A stretch of DNA of 58,190 bases, taken from the NCBI RefSeq assembly GCF_003334255.1, contig NZ_QOWU01000031.1. One strand, given 5' to 3'. Position 1 is the stretch's first letter. Each line of letters starts with the position of its first letter. A program made the translations under genes and the position numbers. The stretch is from Escherichia coli. GTDB taxonomy: Bacteria; Pseudomonadota; Gammaproteobacteria; Enterobacterales; Enterobacteriaceae. The notes beneath the pieces were generated by a model that saw nothing but the letters and a program-made list of their open reading frames with translations, searched no databases and was not told where the DNA came from. Positions 10,991 to 21,714 of this stretch are shown one piece after another.

Positions 10991-12445
10991 ATGGAACATC
11001 AGAGAAAACTATTCCAGCAACGCGGCTATAGCGAAGATCTATTGCCGAAAACGCAAAGCCAGCGGACCTGGAAAACATTTAACTATTTTACCTTATGGAT
11101 GGGTTCGGTTCATAACGTTCCCAATTATGTGATGGTCGGCGGCTTTTTTATTCTCGGCTTGTCTACCTTTAGTATTATGCTGGCAATTATCCTCAGCGCC
11201 TTTTTCATTGCCGCGGTAATGGTATTAAACGGTGCTGCGGGCAGTAAATACGGTGTGCCTTTTGCCATGATCCTGCGTGCTTCTTACGGTGTACGTGGTG
11301 CACTGTTTCCCGGATTATTAAGGGGCGGAATTGCCGCCATCATGTGGTTTGGTTTGCAATGTTACGCGGGGTCACTGGCCTGCTTGATTCTGATTGGCAA
11401 AATCTGGCCGGGATTTTTAACTCTCGGTGGTGATTTCACTCTGTTAGGCCTTTCTCTACCGGGCTTAATTACTTTCTTAATCTTCTGGCTGGTCAACGTT
11501 GGTATAGGTTTTGGCGGTGGCAAAGTTTTAAATAAATTCACTGCCATTCTTAACCCGTGCATCTATATCGTTTTCGGCGGTATGGCGATTTGGGCGATTT
11601 CACTGGTCGGGATCGGTCCAATCTTTGACTACATTCCGAGCGGTATTCAGAAAGCAGAAAACGGTGGCTTCCTGTTCCTGGTGGTGATTAACGCGGTAGT
11701 TGCGGTCTGGGCGGCACCGGCGGTGAGCGCATCCGACTTTACGCAAAACGCCCACTCGTTTCGTGAGCAGGCGCTGGGGCAAACGCTGGGTTTAGTTGTG
11801 GCCTATATTCTGTTTGCGGTCGCCGGGGTATGTATTATTGCCGGAGCCAGTATTCACTACGGCGCTGATACCTGGAACGTGCTGGATATTGTTCAGCGTT
11901 GGGACAGCCTGTTCGCCTCGTTCTTTGCGGTACTGGTTATTCTGATGACAACTATCTCCACTAACGCGACCGGTAATATTATTCCAGCCGGTTATCAGAT
12001 TGCCGCCATTGCACCGACAAAACTGACCTATAAAAACGGCGTACTGATTGCCAGTATTATCAGCTTGCTGATCTGCCCGTGGAAATTAATGGAAAATCAG
12101 GACAGCATTTATCTTTTCCTCGATATTATCGGCGGAATGCTTGGTCCGGTAATTGGTGTCATGATGGCGCATTATTTTGTGGTGATGCGCGGACAAATTA
12201 ATCTTGATGAACTGTATACCGCACCTGGCGATTATAAATATTACGATAACGGTTTTAACCTCACTGCGTTTTCAGTAACTCTGGTGGCCGTTATTTTATC
12301 TCTTGGCGGTAAGTTTATTCACTTTATGGAACCGTTATCGCGTGTTTCATGGTTTGTCGGCGTCATCGTCGCCTTTGCGGCCTACGCCTTATTAAAGAAA
12401 CGTACAACAGCAGAAAAAACAGGAGAGCAAAAAACCATAGGTTAA
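10991..12445 (+). CDS. ybbW: Putative allantoin permease (NCS1 family transporter)
   Basis: 484-aa polytopic membrane protein; synteny upstream of allB. Confidence 0.85.
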   Translation: MEHQRKLFQQRGYSEDLLPKTQSQRTWKTFNYFTLWMGSVHNVPNYVMVGGFFILGLSTFSIMLAIILSAFFIAAVMVLNGAAGSKYGVPFAMILRASYGVRGALFPGLLRGGIAAIMWFGLQCYAGSLACLILIGKIWPGFLTLGGDFTLLGLSLPGLITFLIFWLVNVGIGFGGGKVLNKFTAILNPCIYIVFGGMAIWAISLVGIGPIFDYIPSGIQKAENGGFLFLVVINAVVAVWAAPAVSASDFTQNAHSFREQALGQTLGLVVAYILFAVAGVCIIAGASIHYGADTWNVLDIVQRWDSLFASFFAVLVILMTTISTNATGNIIPAGYQIAAIAPTKLTYKNGVLIASIISLLICPWKLMENQDSIYLFLDIIGGMLGPVIGVMMAHYFVVMRGQINLDELYTAPGDYKYYDNGFNLTAFSVTLVAVILSLGGKFIHFMEPLSRVSWFVGVIVAFAAYALLKKRTTAEKTGEQKTIG

Positions 12446-12504
12446 TTAATCCCGATATTGAACATTGAGTTAAAAACCAATCTGTATTTTACAAGGAGTT
12501 TGTT

Positions 12505-13866
12505 ATGTCTTTTGATTTAATCATTAAAAACGGCACCGTTATTTTAGAAAACGAAGCTCGCGTTGTAGATATCGCCGTTAAAGGCGGAAAAATTGCTGCT
12601 ATCGGTCAGGATCTGGGCGATGCAAAAGAAGTTATGGATGCGTCTGGTCTGGTGGTTTCGCCGGGCATGGTTGATGCGCACACCCATATTTCTGAACCGG
12701 GTCGTAGCCACTGGGAAGGTTATGAAACCGGTACTCGCGCAGCGGCAAAAGGTGGTATCACCACCATGATCGAAATGCCGCTCAACCAGCTGCCTGCAAC
12801 GGTTGACCGCGCTTCAATTGAACTGAAGTTCGATGCCGCTAAAGGCAAGCTGACTATTGATGCGGCACAACTCGGTGGCCTGGTGTCTTACAACATCGAC
12901 CGTCTGCATGAGCTGGATGAAGTGGGCGTTGTCGGCTTCAAATGCTTCGTTGCGACCTGTGGCGATCGCGGTATCGACAACGACTTCCGTGATGTAAACG
13001 ACTGGCAGTTCTTCAAAGGTGCGCAGAAGCTGGGCGAACTGGGTCAGCCGGTGCTGGTGCACTGCGAAAACGCGCTGATTTGTGACGAACTGGGCGAAGA
13101 AGCGAAGCGTGAAGGTCGCGTAACCGCTCATGACTATGTGGCTTCGCGTCCGGTATTTACCGAAGTGGAAGCAATTCGCCGCGTACTGTATCTGGCGAAA
13201 GTTGCTGGTTGCCGTCTGCACGTTTGCCACGTCAGCAGCCCGGAAGGTGTTGAGGAAGTGACTCGTGCACGTCAGGAAGGTCAGGACGTTACTTGTGAAT
13301 CCTGCCCGCATTACTTTGTACTGGATACCGATCAGTTCGAAGAAATCGGTACTCTGGCGAAGTGTTCACCGCCGATCCGCGATCTGGAAAACCAGAAAGG
13401 CATGTGGGAAAAACTGTTTAACGGTGAAATCGACTGCCTGGTTTCCGACCACTCTCCATGCCCGCCGGAAATGAAAGCCGGTAACATCATGAAAGCATGG
13501 GGCGGTATCGCCGGTCTGCAAAGCTGCATGGACGTGATGTTCGATGAAGCGGTACAGAAACGCGGTATGTCTCTGCCAATGTTCGGCAAATTAATGGCGA
13601 CTAACGCAGCAGATATTTTCGGTCTGCAGCAAAAAGGCCGTATCGCCCCAGGAAAAGATGCCGACTTCGTCTTCATTCAGCCGAATAGCAGCTATGTTCT
13701 TACCAATGACGATCTGGAATATCGCCACAAAGTCAGCCCGTATGTTGGCCGTACCATTGGCGCGCGTATCACGAAAACCATCTTACGTGGTGATGTGATT
13801 TACGACATTGAACAGGGCTTCCCTGTTGCGCCGAAAGGTCAATTTATCCTTAAACATCAGCAGTAA
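12505..13866 (+). CDS. allB: Allantoinase (cyclic amidohydrolase)
   Basis: 453-aa ORF with metal-binding DAHTH motif; synteny. Confidence 0.9.
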   Translation: MSFDLIIKNGTVILENEARVVDIAVKGGKIAAIGQDLGDAKEVMDASGLVVSPGMVDAHTHISEPGRSHWEGYETGTRAAAKGGITTMIEMPLNQLPATVDRASIELKFDAAKGKLTIDAAQLGGLVSYNIDRLHELDEVGVVGFKCFVATCGDRGIDNDFRDVNDWQFFKGAQKLGELGQPVLVHCENALICDELGEEAKREGRVTAHDYVASRPVFTEVEAIRRVLYLAKVAGCRLHVCHVSSPEGVEEVTRARQEGQDVTCESCPHYFVLDTDQFEEIGTLAKCSPPIRDLENQKGMWEKLFNGEIDCLVSDHSPCPPEMKAGNIMKAWGGIAGLQSCMDVMFDEAVQKRGMSLPMFGKLMATNAADIFGLQQKGRIAPGKDADFVFIQPNSSYVLTNDDLEYRHKVSPYVGRTIGARITKTILRGDVIYDIEQGFPVAPKGQFILKHQQ

Positions 13867-13916
13867 TCTGGCCCCTGCAATGCCCGTCCTTGCGGCGGGC
13901 ATTCTCCGGTTAAGGT

Positions 13917-15224
13917 GTGTTTATGTTCAATTTTGCAGTCAGCCGCGAAAGCCTGTTATCAGGATTTCAGTGGTTTTTCTTTATTTTTTGCAACACGGTT
14001 GTGGTTCCTCCTACGCTACTTTCTGCTTTTCAGTTGCCGCAAAGTAGCCTGCTTACGCTCACGCAATATGCTTTTCTTGCTACCGCACTGGCCTGCTTCG
14101 CTCAGGCGTTTTGCGGTCATCGTCGCGCTATTATGGAAGGGCCAGGTGGCCTGTGGTGGGGAACCATCCTTACTATCACCCTTGGTGAAGCATCGCGCGG
14201 GACACCGATCAACGATATCGCCACCAGCCTGGCAGTGGGGATTGCACTCTCCGGCGTGCTGACGATGTTGATTGGTTTTAGCGGATTAGGCCATCGCCTG
14301 GCACGGTTATTTACGCCGTCGGTGATGGTCTTGTTTATGTTGATGCTGGGCGCGCAGCTGACCACTATCTTTTTCAAAGGTATGCTCGGGCTGCCGTTTG
14401 GCATAGCCGACCCGAATTTTAAAATTCAGTTACCGCCGTTCGCGCTCTCGGTGGCGGTGATGTGCCTGGTACTGGCGATGATTATCTTCCTGCCGCAACG
14501 TTTTGCCCGTTATGGCCTGCTGGTCGGCACCATAACCGGCTGGTTGTTGTGGTACTTTTGCTTTCCTTCTTCGCACTCGCTCTCCGGTGAGTTGCACTGG
14601 CAGTGGTTCCCGCTCGGCAGTGGCGGTGCTTTGTCGCCGGGAATTATTCTGACGGCGGTGATTACAGGTCTGGTAAATATCAGCAATACCTACGGTGCGA
14701 TTCGGGGCACGGATGTTTTTTATCCGCAGCAGGGCGCAGGGAATACGCGTTATCGTCGTAGCTTTGTGGCGACCGGATTTATGACGCTGATAACCGTACC
14801 GCTGGCGGTAATTCCATTTTCACCGTTTGTTTCATCCATTGGTTTATTAACCCAGACTGGCGATTACACGCGGCGTTCGTTTATTTATGGCAGCGTTATT
14901 TGCCTGCTGGTGGCGCTGGTTCCTGCACTCACGCGACTGTTTTGCAGTATCCCTTTACCCGTGAGTAGTGCGGTCATGCTGGTTTCTTATCTGCCTTTAC
15001 TCTTTTCCGCGCTGGTGTTTAGCCAGCAAATAACGTTTACCGCTCGCAATATTTATCGACTCGCATTGCCGTTATTTGTCGGCATATTTTTAATGGCATT
15101 ACCGCCTGTGTATCTGCAAGACCTTCCATTAACGCTTCGTCCTCTGCTCAGTAACGGCTTATTGGTCGGGATTTTACTGGCTGTTCTTATGGATAACCTT
15201 ATTCCGTGGGAACGCATCGAATAA
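13917..15224 (+). CDS. ybbY: Putative purine/nucleobase permease (NCS2-like membrane protein); start may be 13923
   Basis: 435-aa polytopic membrane ORF; synteny. Confidence 0.8.
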   Translation: MFMFNFAVSRESLLSGFQWFFFIFCNTVVVPPTLLSAFQLPQSSLLTLTQYAFLATALACFAQAFCGHRRAIMEGPGGLWWGTILTITLGEASRGTPINDIATSLAVGIALSGVLTMLIGFSGLGHRLARLFTPSVMVLFMLMLGAQLTTIFFKGMLGLPFGIADPNFKIQLPPFALSVAVMCLVLAMIIFLPQRFARYGLLVGTITGWLLWYFCFPSSHSLSGELHWQWFPLGSGGALSPGIILTAVITGLVNISNTYGAIRGTDVFYPQQGAGNTRYRRSFVATGFMTLITVPLAVIPFSPFVSSIGLLTQTGDYTRRSFIYGSVICLLVALVPALTRLFCSIPLPVSSAVMLVSYLPLLFSALVFSQQITFTARNIYRLALPLFVGIFLMALPPVYLQDLPLTLRPLLSNGLLVGILLAVLMDNLIPWERIE

Positions 15225-15245
15225 TTTGTTGAAAAAGGATTGATA

Positions 15246-16391
15246 ATGAAGATTGTCATTGCGCCAGACTCTTTTAAAGAGAGCTTAAGTGCAGAAAAAT
15301 GTTGTCAGGCAATTAAAGCCGGGTTTTCGACCCTCTTTCCCGATGCGAACTATATCTGTTTGCCGATAGCGGATGGCGGCGAAGGGACGGTGGATGCGAT
15401 GGTCGCCGCGACGGGCGGCAACATCGTGACGCTTGAAGTCTGCGGGCCGATGGGCGAAAAAGTGAATGCTTTTTATGGCCTTACCGGCGACGGGAAAACG
15501 GCGGTGATTGAGATGGCGGCAGCAAGTGTCCTGATGCTGGTCGCGCCTGAAAAGCGTAATCCGTTGCTGGCCTCCAGTTTTGGTACGGGGGAGTTAATTC
15601 GTCATGCGCTGGATAACGACATTCGCCATATTATTCTCGGCATTGGCGGCAGTGCGACGGTCGACGGCGGTATGGGCATGGCGCAGGCGCTCGGTGTGCG
15701 TTTCCTTGATGCCGACGGTCAGGCGCTGGCGGCAAACGGTGGTAATTTAGCGCGCGTGGCAAGCATTGAGATGGATGAATGCGATCCGCGTCTGGCGAAT
15801 TGCCATATTGAAGTAGCATGTGACGTTGATAACCCGCTGGTAGGGGCACGCGGCGCGGCGGCGGTGTTTGGCCCGCAAAAAGGGGCAACGCCGGAGATGG
15901 TCGAAGAACTTGAACAGGGGCTGCAAAATTACGCCCGTGTTTTACAACAGCAAACTGAAATTAATGTCTGCCAGATGGCGGGCGGCGGCGCTGCGGGCGG
16001 TATGGGTATTGCGGCGGCGGTATTTCTCAATGCGGATATTAAACCGGGCATTGAAATTGTGTTGAATGCGGTCCATCTTGCGCAGGCAGTGCAGGGCGCA
16101 GCACTGGTGATTACCGGGGAAGGGCGCATCGACTCGCAAACGGCAGGCGGTAAAGCGCCGCTGGGTGTGGCGTCGGTGGCGAAGCAGTTTAATGTACCGG
16201 TGATTGGGATTGCTGGCGTATTGGGTGATGGCGTGGAAGTGGTGCACCAGTACGGCATTGACGCGGTATTCAGCATTTTGCCTCGTCTGGCACCTTTAGC
16301 CGAAGTGCTCGCCAGCGGTGAAACCAATCTCTTCAACAGCGCGCGAAATATTGCCTGCGCCATTAAAATAGGTCAGGGAATTAAAAACTAA
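15246..16391 (+). CDS. glxK: Glycerate 2-kinase
   Basis: 381 aa from the Met at 15246 ([11 protein letters not shown]...); glycerate kinase family; synteny. Confidence 0.9.
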   Translation: MKIVIAPDSFKESLSAEKCCQAIKAGFSTLFPDANYICLPIADGGEGTVDAMVAATGGNIVTLEVCGPMGEKVNAFYGLTGDGKTAVIEMAAASVLMLVAPEKRNPLLASSFGTGELIRHALDNDIRHIILGIGGSATVDGGMGMAQALGVRFLDADGQALAANGGNLARVASIEMDECDPRLANCHIEVACDVDNPLVGARGAAAVFGPQKGATPEMVEELEQGLQNYARVLQQQTEINVCQMAGGGAAGGMGIAAAVFLNADIKPGIEIVLNAVHLAQAVQGAALVITGEGRIDSQTAGGKAPLGVASVAKQFNVPVIGIAGVLGDGVEVVHQYGIDAVFSILPRLAPLAEVLASGETNLFNSARNIACAIKIGQGIKN

Positions 16392-16550
16392 CCCTTACCT
16401 TTAAAGCGGATGCGATTTATATCGCATAAGAGTGCAGTACTCATGCCGGATGCGGCATGAGTACCATATCCTTCCTGAAAATCGCGCAAATTCTATATAT
16501 TGCAGAGATCATGTAGGCCTGATAAGCGAAGCGCATCAGGCAATGTTACA

Positions 16551-16576
16551 AAAAAAGCCACGGTATAAACCGTGGC
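16551..16576 (-). terminator. Rho-independent terminator of the allD-allC-allE operon
   Basis: On the minus strand: hairpin GCCACGGT-TTAT-ACCGTGGC followed by TTTTTT, about 45 nt downstream of the allE stop. Confidence 0.65.
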
Positions 16577-16618
16577 AAAATCCAACATAGCTAAAAATAA
16601 TCAGGCGAGTGGTATGAC

Positions 16619-17404
16619 TTAAATCTCTACGTCGCGGTTACAATCTTTCGAGTAAATATAGCTGAACGCTTCACCACGCCCTACACCATAACCAGCCTGT
16701 AAAGAATAAGCGCCCATAAAGATGTAATCGCCTTTTTTCACCGGGATCCAGTTATTGTCGAGGTTATAAACCCCCTGACCGGAAAGAATATAGGCACCGT
16801 GTTCCTGAACGTGTGTTTCGATATAACCGTGGCTGGCACCTGGTGCAAAAGAGAGGATATGCATGTTCATATCAAAACCTAACTCTTTGGGCAGAAAATC
16901 CAGCAGAATAACATCGTCCATGCCTTCATAATGAATGCGTTCCAGTTCGCTGGCATTGCCAGAAACCAGCCACGGTGCATAGCCTTCTACCGGAACATAG
17001 CGGCGCTTATATAAAAAGATTTGGCTGTCTTCGGCCTGGGCGTTAACAAACGTCATTAAGGAGCCTGGCGGGCAATAAAGATAGCCACCTTCGCTTAAGG
17101 CAAATGTTTTGCCTTCGGCTTTGGCAGTGATATTTCCAGAGATCACATACAGGAACGTTTCAATGCCTTCGCCACCGAAGCCCTGTTGGTTGCCACCGTT
17201 TTGATGCAGTGTGACCAGATAATCAACAAAAGAGGCACCCAGCTTTGGCGTGGAGAGGATTGTCGCGTCACAATTTTCAAAGCCCGGAATAATATTTTTT
17301 ACCAGACCATCCGGGGTTAACAGTGCGAAATTACCGTGTTTAACAATCGCACGGTTAGCCAGTAAATCTTCGCGGTAACCGGTGACGTTATTTAAATATC
17401 CCAT
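16619..17404 (-). CDS. allE: (S)-ureidoglycine aminohydrolase (cupin)
   Basis: 261-aa ORF; synteny (K-12 ylbA). Confidence 0.85.
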   Translation of the reverse strand: MGYLNNVTGYREDLLANRAIVKHGNFALLTPDGLVKNIIPGFENCDATILSTPKLGASFVDYLVTLHQNGGNQQGFGGEGIETFLYVISGNITAKAEGKTFALSEGGYLYCPPGSLMTFVNAQAEDSQIFLYKRRYVPVEGYAPWLVSGNASELERIHYEGMDDVILLDFLPKELGFDMNMHILSFAPGASHGYIETHVQEHGAYILSGQGVYNLDNNWIPVKKGDYIFMGAYSLQAGYGVGRGEAFSYIYSKDCNRDVEI

Positions 17405-17414
17405 TTATGACTCC

Positions 17415-18650
17415 TTATTTCTGCCAGGCAAGTTGATAAAGCATGAGTGCCAACGTTTTGACCCCTTCGGCAAGGTCGGTAATATTGGTGCGTTCCGCCG
17501 GGTTATGGCTGATCCCGTTGATGCTGGGGATAAAAATCATGCAGGTTGGTACGCGAGGCGCGAAAATTTGCGCGTCGTGCCCGGCACCACTGTGCATCAC
17601 CCGGTAATTCAGTTTTTCTCTTTCACACAATTCTGTCAGGGTGGCGACCAGCTCCTTATTCATCGGCACGGGTTCTTCGTCCATCCATAAATCGATATCA
17701 ATACCAATGTCCATTTCATCGCAAATCGCCCGCATGTCGTTTTCTAACTGTTGGGTGAAATCGCGCAGCACGGCAGCGTCGGTATGACGACAATCAATGG
17801 TGAACGTGGTTTTACCCGGCACCACATTTACCGTATTCGGGCGCGGCTCTACTTTGCCAAAGGTCAGAACCAGCGGATCGCCCATCCTTTTCGCTTTTTC
17901 GACCGACTGATGGCAAATGCGACTGAAAGCGTAAACTGTATCACGACGATAACCCATCGGCGTGGTGCCTGCATGGTTTGATTCGCCGTTCAGCGTTACC
18001 GTATAACGACGCTGCCCGACAATTGCATTCACCACGCCAATTGATTGCCCATTACTTTCCAGCACACAGCCCTGTTCAATATGCAGTTCAACAAAGGCTT
18101 TAATATCCTGACGCGGAGTTAGTGGGGCGTTCGGAAGAGTAAATCCGCAAGCCTTCATCGCATCGACAAAACTATTTCCTTTGGCATCACAGATATTCCG
18201 CACGTCGTCAGGATTCGCCAGCCCAAAAATATTTTTACTGCCCCAGAAGACATACGGGAAGCGGCTGCCTTCTTCTTCTGCCATCGCCACCACTTCGACC
18301 GTACGTAGCGGCGCGCCGTATTGCGTTTTCAGCCAGTCAATTGCCAGCCACGCCGCCAGCGCGCCGAATTGCCCGTCAAGGTTACCGCCGTTAACCACGG
18401 TATCGATATGCGAACCGCTCAGAACCACTTCCTGTGGATATTCGGTGCCATTCAGGCGACCGTATAAATTCCCCACTTCATCGAAACGTGTTTCCAGCCC
18501 GCTTGCTGCCATTCTTTTTTTAAATTGCTGCTGGGTTTCCAGCCATTCCGGCGAATAAAGTAAACGGGTCATCCCACCCGCTGGGTCAGCGCCAAAAGAG
18601 GAAAGCCAGGGCAGCGTTTCTTCTATAGCTTGACGGAAATGTGTAATCAT
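17415..18650 (-). CDS. allC: Allantoate amidohydrolase (M20 peptidase family)
   Basis: 411 aa from the internal Met (MITHFRQAIEE...); the track ORF extends 6 codons further upstream. Synteny. Confidence 0.9.
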   Translation of the reverse strand: MITHFRQAIEETLPWLSSFGADPAGGMTRLLYSPEWLETQQQFKKRMAASGLETRFDEVGNLYGRLNGTEYPQEVVLSGSHIDTVVNGGNLDGQFGALAAWLAIDWLKTQYGAPLRTVEVVAMAEEEGSRFPYVFWGSKNIFGLANPDDVRNICDAKGNSFVDAMKACGFTLPNAPLTPRQDIKAFVELHIEQGCVLESNGQSIGVVNAIVGQRRYTVTLNGESNHAGTTPMGYRRDTVYAFSRICHQSVEKAKRMGDPLVLTFGKVEPRPNTVNVVPGKTTFTIDCRHTDAAVLRDFTQQLENDMRAICDEMDIGIDIDLWMDEEPVPMNKELVATLTELCEREKLNYRVMHSGAGHDAQIFAPRVPTCMIFIPSINGISHNPAERTNITDLAEGVKTLALMLYQLAWQK

Positions 18651-18671
18651 AAGAAAGTCCTGTCTCAATAA

Positions 18672-19721
18672 TTATTGCGCAAAGGGATTTTTCGTTTCGT
18701 ATGACGTGTTATAAAGCGCGTCGGAAATTAAATACTGGTAAATATCATCAACAATTTCGATGCCTTCGACGGCGGCTTTGCGTTGTTTAATATCCTGATC
18801 CTGTCCGGGATAATAAACCTGATTAAAACCGGGCGCGGGGGTAATGGCATTTAATTCGCGCATGGTCTGGCTAAGATGTTGACGGAATAATTCGCTGGAG
18901 GAGAAAAAGTTCGGATTAATAACTATATGTAATTGCCCCAAATTACGCCCTGCGTGTAAATCGTCATACATCGAACTAACCTGTCGCCCGAACGGTAAGC
19001 CGAGTAAGACGCCTGAGAGGACGTCAATCATCATCATCAGGCCATACCCTTTTGGCCCGGCGGCGGGGAGCAGAGCATGTACCGCGAACGGATCGGTTGT
19101 TGGTACACCGTTTTTATCGACCGCCCAGGTATCCGGGATAGACATATTACGCGAGCGGGCGTCGAGCACTTTTCCCCATGCCTGTACGGTAGTCGCCATA
19201 TCAAAGGTAAGGATCTCGTCGCCTTCTCCCGGCGCGGCAAAGGCCAGGGGGTTAGTACCGTAGTAAATTTCCGCGCCGCCAAACGGCACCACCATTGGAT
19301 CGGACTGGCACATCGAAATGCCAATGAATCCGGCGCGGGCTGCCTGCTGCACAAAATAAGAGATTGCGCCGCTGTGACCCATCCGGCTGATACCGACCAC
19401 CGCAACGCCATTTTGCTGGGCGGTTTTGATGGCATGTTCCATACCCATTTTCGCCGCGACCTGTCCGGCGGCATTGTCGGCATGTAAAATTGCCGAGCAC
19501 GGCCCGGTTTCCTCAAGACGAAACTCCGGTTCGCGGTTGGTGCCGCCTTTTGAAATGCGTTCCGCGTAGTATTCCACGCGCACCGCGCCATGAGAGTGGA
19601 TCCCTCTGGCATCGGCGTAAACCAATACTTCAGCCACGGTTGCAGCGTGCTCACGTTTTAACCCAGCCTGGCAGAGTTTATTCTCAATTAGCTGGTGGAG
19701 TGTTTCCCGACTGATTTTCAT
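18672..19721 (-). CDS. allD: Ureidoglycolate dehydrogenase
   Basis: 349-aa ORF; synteny. Confidence 0.9.
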   Translation of the reverse strand: MKISRETLHQLIENKLCQAGLKREHAATVAEVLVYADARGIHSHGAVRVEYYAERISKGGTNREPEFRLEETGPCSAILHADNAAGQVAAKMGMEHAIKTAQQNGVAVVGISRMGHSGAISYFVQQAARAGFIGISMCQSDPMVVPFGGAEIYYGTNPLAFAAPGEGDEILTFDMATTVQAWGKVLDARSRNMSIPDTWAVDKNGVPTTDPFAVHALLPAAGPKGYGLMMMIDVLSGVLLGLPFGRQVSSMYDDLHAGRNLGQLHIVINPNFFSSSELFRQHLSQTMRELNAITPAPGFNQVYYPGQDQDIKQRKAAVEGIEIVDDIYQYLISDALYNTSYETKNPFAQ

Positions 19722-20037
19722 CTGTCTTCCTTTTTAACGACGGTGTGAAGCATGACTGCAATTAACATACAGGGAAAATATCTGGATTATGTGATCCAGA
19801 CAGGCAAGAAAATATAGTTAGAATTTATTTGATAATCCGCTCACTTTTAACCTGATTTTTAAAACAACCACGCTTATTAAAAAATAATGAGTAATAGCCT
19901 GGCGGTTATTTGAATTCTTTTGTTAATAATTCCTGTGTGATATTCATCACCTTATTTACTCGTTGTCATCGATACCGTAATCGCCACATTAACACTGCTC
20001 GTGCAATTGCCATGGGTGCAATTTTTAAGGAGTTGTT

Positions 20038-21705
20038 ATGATCCACGCCTTTATTAAAAAAGGGTGTTTTCAGGATTCGGTCAGTTTAATGATTATTTCA
20101 CGAAAACTCAGCGAATCAGAAAATGTTGATGATGTTTCCGTAATGATGGGTACGCCCGCCAATAAAGCGTTATTAGATACCACAGGTTTCTGGCATGACG
20201 ATTTTAATAACGCCACGCCGAACGATATTTGCGTGGCAATTCGTAGCGAAGCGGCGGATGCGGGGATCGCGCAGGCGATTATGCAGCAGCTTGAAGAGGC
20301 GCTAAAACAACTGGCGCAGGGGTCAGGCAGCAGCCAGGCGTTGACGCAGGTGCGTCGCTGGGACAGTGCCTGTCAGAAATTACCCGACGCCAGTCTGGCG
20401 CTGATTTCAGTGGCTGGCGAGTATGCGGCGGAGCTGGCGAACCAGGCGCTGGATCGCAACCTCAACGTGATGATGTTCTCCGATAACGTCACGCTGGAAG
20501 ATGAAATCCAACTTAAAAGCCGCGCGCGGGAAAAAGGCTTGCTGGTGATGGGGCCGGACTGCGGTACGTCGATGATTGCCGGCACGCCGCTGGCTTTTGC
20601 TAACGTGATGCCGGAAGGCAATATTGGCGTCATTGGCGCTTCCGGTACCGGGATTCAGGAACTGTGTTCGCAGATTGCGCTGGCAGGGGAGGGAATTACT
20701 CACGCGATTGGCCTTGGCGGGCGCGACCTCAGCCGTGAAGTGGGCGGCATCAGTGCGCTGACGGCGCTGGAAATGCTCAGTGCAGACGAGAAAAGCGAAG
20801 TGCTGGCATTTGTTTCAAAACCGCCTGCCGAAGCTGTGCGTCTGAAAATTGTTAATGCCATGAAAGCAACCGGCAAACCGACGGTGGCGCTGTTTTTAGG
20901 TTATACCCCGGCGGTGGCCCGCGACGAGAATGTCTGGTTTGCCTCCTCGCTGGATGAGGCCGCACGCCTGGCTTGCCTGCTTTCACGCGTTACGGCGCGA
21001 CGTAACGCGATAACGCCTGCCAGCAGCGGATTTATTTGCGGTTTGTATACCGGCGGTACCCTGGCTGCCGAAGCGGCGGGATTACTTGCTGGACACCTTG
21101 GCGTGGAAGCCGACGATACCCATCATCACGGCATGATGCTCGACGCCGATGGTCACCAGATTATTGACCTCGGCGATGATTTCTACACCGTCGGGCGTCC
21201 CCATCCGATGATCGACCCAGCCTTACGCAATCAGTTAATTGCCGATCTCGGCGCTAAACCGCAAGTGCGCGTATTGCTGCTTGATGTCGTGATTGGCTTC
21301 GGTGCGACCGCCGATCCTGCCGCCTCGCTGGTAAGCGCCTGGCAAAAAGCCTGTGCTGCGCGTTCAGACAATCAACCACTGTATGCCATTGCCACGGTGA
21401 CAGGCACTGAACGTGACCCGCAATGCCGCTCGCAGCAAATCGCCACGCTGGAAGATGCGGGGATCGCGGTAGTGAGTTCGCTGCCGGAAGCCACCTTGCT
21501 GGCGGCGGCACTGATTCGTCCGCTTTCGCCTGCCACTCAGCAACACACACCGTCATTACTGGAAAACGTCGCCGTGATTAACATCGGATTACGCAGCTTT
21601 GCGCTGGAGCTACAAAGCGCCAGCAAACCGGTTGTGCATTACCAATGGTCGCCAGTCGCCGGTGGCAATAAAAAACTGGCTCGTTTATTAGAACGTTTGC
21701 AATAA
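20038..21705 (+). CDS. fdrA: FdrA: succinyl-CoA-synthetase-alpha-like (CoA-binding) protein
   Basis: 555-aa ORF; synteny. First gene of a tightly packed four-gene co-oriented cluster. Confidence 0.85.
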   Translation: MIHAFIKKGCFQDSVSLMIISRKLSESENVDDVSVMMGTPANKALLDTTGFWHDDFNNATPNDICVAIRSEAADAGIAQAIMQQLEEALKQLAQGSGSSQALTQVRRWDSACQKLPDASLALISVAGEYAAELANQALDRNLNVMMFSDNVTLEDEIQLKSRAREKGLLVMGPDCGTSMIAGTPLAFANVMPEGNIGVIGASGTGIQELCSQIALAGEGITHAIGLGGRDLSREVGGISALTALEMLSADEKSEVLAFVSKPPAEAVRLKIVNAMKATGKPTVALFLGYTPAVARDENVWFASSLDEAARLACLLSRVTARRNAITPASSGFICGLYTGGTLAAEAAGLLAGHLGVEADDTHHHGMMLDADGHQIIDLGDDFYTVGRPHPMIDPALRNQLIADLGAKPQVRVLLLDVVIGFGATADPAASLVSAWQKACAARSDNQPLYAIATVTGTERDPQCRSQQIATLEDAGIAVVSSLPEATLLAAALIRPLSPATQQHTPSLLENVAVINIGLRSFALELQSASKPVVHYQWSPVAGGNKKLARLLERLQ

Positions 21706-21714
21706 GGGGTTCCC

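Noticed and set aside
10854-11132. 92-aa ORF upstream of and overlapping ybbW
   Set aside because: It is AT-rich promoter and 5' coding sequence of ybbW read in another frame, with a low-complexity translation.
19037-19654. 205-aa antisense ORF inside allD, and similar ones inside ybcF (23833-24519), cysS (27972-28640) and nfrA (38853-39371)
   Set aside because: Same reasoning: fully nested in well-supported genes, Arg/Pro-rich translations, no independent evidence.
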